DNA of 48,469 nucleotides from Alphaproteobacteria bacterium (lineage in GTDB: Bacteria > Pseudomonadota > Alphaproteobacteria > Rs-D84): assembly GCA_017616975.1 (NCBI GenBank), contig JAFZXC010000041.1, positions 1 through 48,469 of the forward strand, written 5' to 3'. The position numbers and the translations under genes are program-made. The notes under the pieces are model-generated. The model was not told the DNA's origin and did no database searches. It worked only from the letters and a program-made list of their open reading frames with translations. Below are positions 46,673 to 48,469 of the stretch, piece by piece; within the stretch, counting starts at the first letter, position 1, and each line of letters starts with the position of its first letter.

Positions 46673-47916
46673 TGGCAAAAACAGTAAAAAAAGAACAGAG
46701 TGTTGAACCATCGGTGAAAAAGCGTCCGTCTTGGATTCGCCGTATGTTCGCATGGTTATGGCGTAAAAAATGGTGGGTTTTGATTTTGGCCATTGTGTTG
46801 ATTGGTGCGAATTTAATTTGGGGTGGGGCAAAAAAGGCGGACAAAAACGAATTTTCTACGGTTCAAATTATCCACGGTGATTTACGCCAGGTTGTGACCG
46901 CTACGGGTGAAATTCAACCTGTGAACACTGTTAATGTTGGGTCGCAAGTATCTGGAACAATTGATAATATATTTGTTGATTTTAATTCGCATGTGAACAA
47001 GGGCGATGTTTTGTTAACGATTGAACCATCCGTATTAGAAGCCCAAGTGAAAGAAGCCGAAGCGGCATTCAACAGTTCTAAATCAAAACGCAATTATGCA
47101 AAAAGCGAATACGAACGGAACAAGATTTTGTATAACGAAGGCTTTATTTCGCGTGCAGAAATGGAACAATCGCAAACAACGTACGAACAGGCAGAACAAG
47201 AAGTTGTTCGTATGCAATCACAATATGAACGTGCAAAAACAAACCTTGGGTACGCTACTATAACTTCGCCGGTCGAAGGAACCGTGATTTCGCGCAAGGT
47301 TGATGTTGGACAAACAGTTGCTGCATCGTTCCAAACGCCAGATTTGTTCGAAATTGCCGAAGATTTAACCAAAATGCAAATTGAAACGTCTGTATCCGAA
47401 GCTGACATTGGTGTTATCAAAGAAGGTCAAGCAGTCACATTTACCGTAGACGCATATCCGCAAAAAACATTTGCAGGTGTTGTTCATCAAATTCGTTTGT
47501 CCCCGACGACAACATCAAATGTTGTTGTGTATACGGTTGTGATATCTGTTGATAATGCTGATTTAAGTTTGATGCCGGGCATGACGGCCTTTGTGACAAT
47601 TGTTGTCGATGAAAAATTTGATATTATCAAGGCACAAAATTCTGCGTTCTTGGTACGTTCTTTTGATACATTGGGTGTGGACGTTGGTGATGCCAAACCT
47701 TTGACACATTTGGCGATCTTGCGTAATGGCAATGTTGTGTTTGTGCCATATACAAAGGGGCTTGTGACTGCGACAGAAACAGAAATTGTGTCCAATGATA
47801 TCCAAGATGGCGATAGAATTATCGTTGGAAAGATTGGTGTCGGCGCAACCAAAACATCAAGTGGTAATCGTGGCGGTGGAATGGGTGGCCCAGGGGCAGG
47901 CGGCCCAATGAGATAA
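46672..47916 (+). CDS. HlyD/MacA-type periplasmic adaptor (membrane fusion protein)
   Basis: N-terminal TM, ATGEIQPVNTVNVGSQVSGTI (lipoyl-like), a coiled coil, and ITSPVEGTVISRKVDVGQ. The C-terminal tail is Gly-rich. A TAATG overlap joins it to the tolC-like gene. Confidence 0.85.
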   Translation: MAKTVKKEQSVEPSVKKRPSWIRRMFAWLWRKKWWVLILAIVLIGANLIWGGAKKADKNEFSTVQIIHGDLRQVVTATGEIQPVNTVNVGSQVSGTIDNIFVDFNSHVNKGDVLLTIEPSVLEAQVKEAEAAFNSSKSKRNYAKSEYERNKILYNEGFISRAEMEQSQTTYEQAEQEVVRMQSQYERAKTNLGYATITSPVEGTVISRKVDVGQTVAASFQTPDLFEIAEDLTKMQIETSVSEADIGVIKEGQAVTFTVDAYPQKTFAGVVHQIRLSPTTTSNVVVYTVVISVDNADLSLMPGMTAFVTIVVDEKFDIIKAQNSAFLVRSFDTLGVDVGDAKPLTHLAILRNGNVVFVPYTKGLVTATETEIVSNDIQDGDRIIVGKIGVGATKTSSGNRGGGMGGPGAGGPMR

Positions 47917-47917
47917 C

Positions 47918-47944
47918 AATCCCGGCGATTGCCGGGATTTTTTA
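47918..47944 (+). terminator. Terminator-like hairpin between the adaptor and permease genes
   Basis: AATCCCGGC-GATT-GCCGGGATT followed by TTTTA. It belongs to the same core family (CCGGC-GATT-GCCGG) but lies inside a co-directional gene pair. Confidence 0.55.
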
Positions 47945-47967
47945 TGCTAAGAATATCATATCAATTT

Positions 47968-48469
47968 ATGGTGGTTGATATGACTTTTGGCGACATATTA
48001 AAAGAATCATGGGTTTCAATAAGTGGTAATAAGGTCCGTTCGTTTTTAACAGTGCTGGGCATCATTATCGGTGTTATGGCAGTGGTGATTATGGTTGCTG
48101 TGGGCGAAACAGTAGAAAATGAAATAAGCGACCAATTTTCTGCGCTGGGGACGAATACAATAATGGTGCGTGCCGGAATTGCACGTATGGGTGGTGTGCG
48201 GACGGGTAATATGCAGACTCTTACCATCCAAGATGCAGAATATATCGCTAACTTGCCAGATGTCGCAGCAGTAAGCCCCGTCCAAACAACAGGGGCGCAA
48301 GTAGTATATGGAAATCAAAATCAATCGACGTCATTAATGGGCGTTTATCCGTCTTATACCATTGTGCAAAATGTAGAAATAGAATACGGGACGTTTTTTA
48401 ATCAATTTGATGTGCGTAATGCGGCAACATACGCAGTTATGGGCCCAGAGTTAGTCAATAAATTGGAAA
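47968..48469 (+). CDS. MacB/FtsX-type ABC transporter permease, N-terminal part (gene continues beyond the window)
   Basis: Hand-translated as MVVDMTFGDILKESWVSISGNKVRSFLTVLGIIIGVMAVVIMVAVGE...: TM1 plus a MacB periplasmic core domain. There is no ATPase domain at the N-terminus. An alternative ATG lies at 47980. Confidence 0.8.
   Translation, partial: MVVDMTFGDILKESWVSISGNKVRSFLTVLGIIIGVMAVVIMVAVGETVENEISDQFSALGTNTIMVRAGIARMGGVRTGNMQTLTIQDAEYIANLPDVAAVSPVQTTGAQVVYGNQNQSTSLMGVYPSYTIVQNVEIEYGTFFNQFDVRNAATYAVMGPELVNKLE

Overview
This window is a very gene-dense, almost entirely housekeeping chromosomal segment from an AT-leaning, apparently streamlined Gram-negative bacterium. By eye it looks alphaproteobacterium-like: alpha-type SspB, Pal lipoprotein, a family-4-like UDG with an N-terminal extension, and a type-2 IleRS. 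I can support about 46 protein genes and 3 tRNAs (Thr-CGU, Val-GAC, Cys-GCA).

Gene content:
- Replication and repair: dnaG, topA, recF, mutS, nth, xseB, a UDG-family gene, ybaB.
- Cell shape: mreB, plus mreC-mreD-mrdA-rodA.
- Translation: rpmI, rplT, rpsO, infC, pheST, ileS, metG, truB, mnmG, rsmG, queH, der, rnpA, pnp.
- Lipid synthesis: fabD, fabG, accBC, gpsA.
- Segregation: parAB.
- Envelope: pal and a tolC-macA-macB-like efflux set.

Genes are packed into long strings with junctions of 0-12 nt or small overlaps, and many classical neighbourhoods are broken up.

I found no CRISPR array, transposase, integrase, prophage, toxin-antitoxin or recognisable defence module. I therefore cannot honestly claim a novel 'system' here.

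The observations most worth a second look are:
1. A stereotyped A-tract/CCGGC-RTTT-GCCGG/T-tract hairpin reused at nearly all convergent gene junctions.
2. Two symmetric-variant parS-like palindromes upstream of parAB.
3. An inferred AUU start for a relocated infC.
4. mRNAs that begin immediately after tRNAs or after an intrinsic terminator (recF, ileS).
5. A strong hairpin with no U-tract right after pnp.
6. Three lineage-specific orphan genes plus one 42-codon micro-ORF embedded in housekeeping operons.

All functional calls rest on motif recognition by eye. No database search was run.
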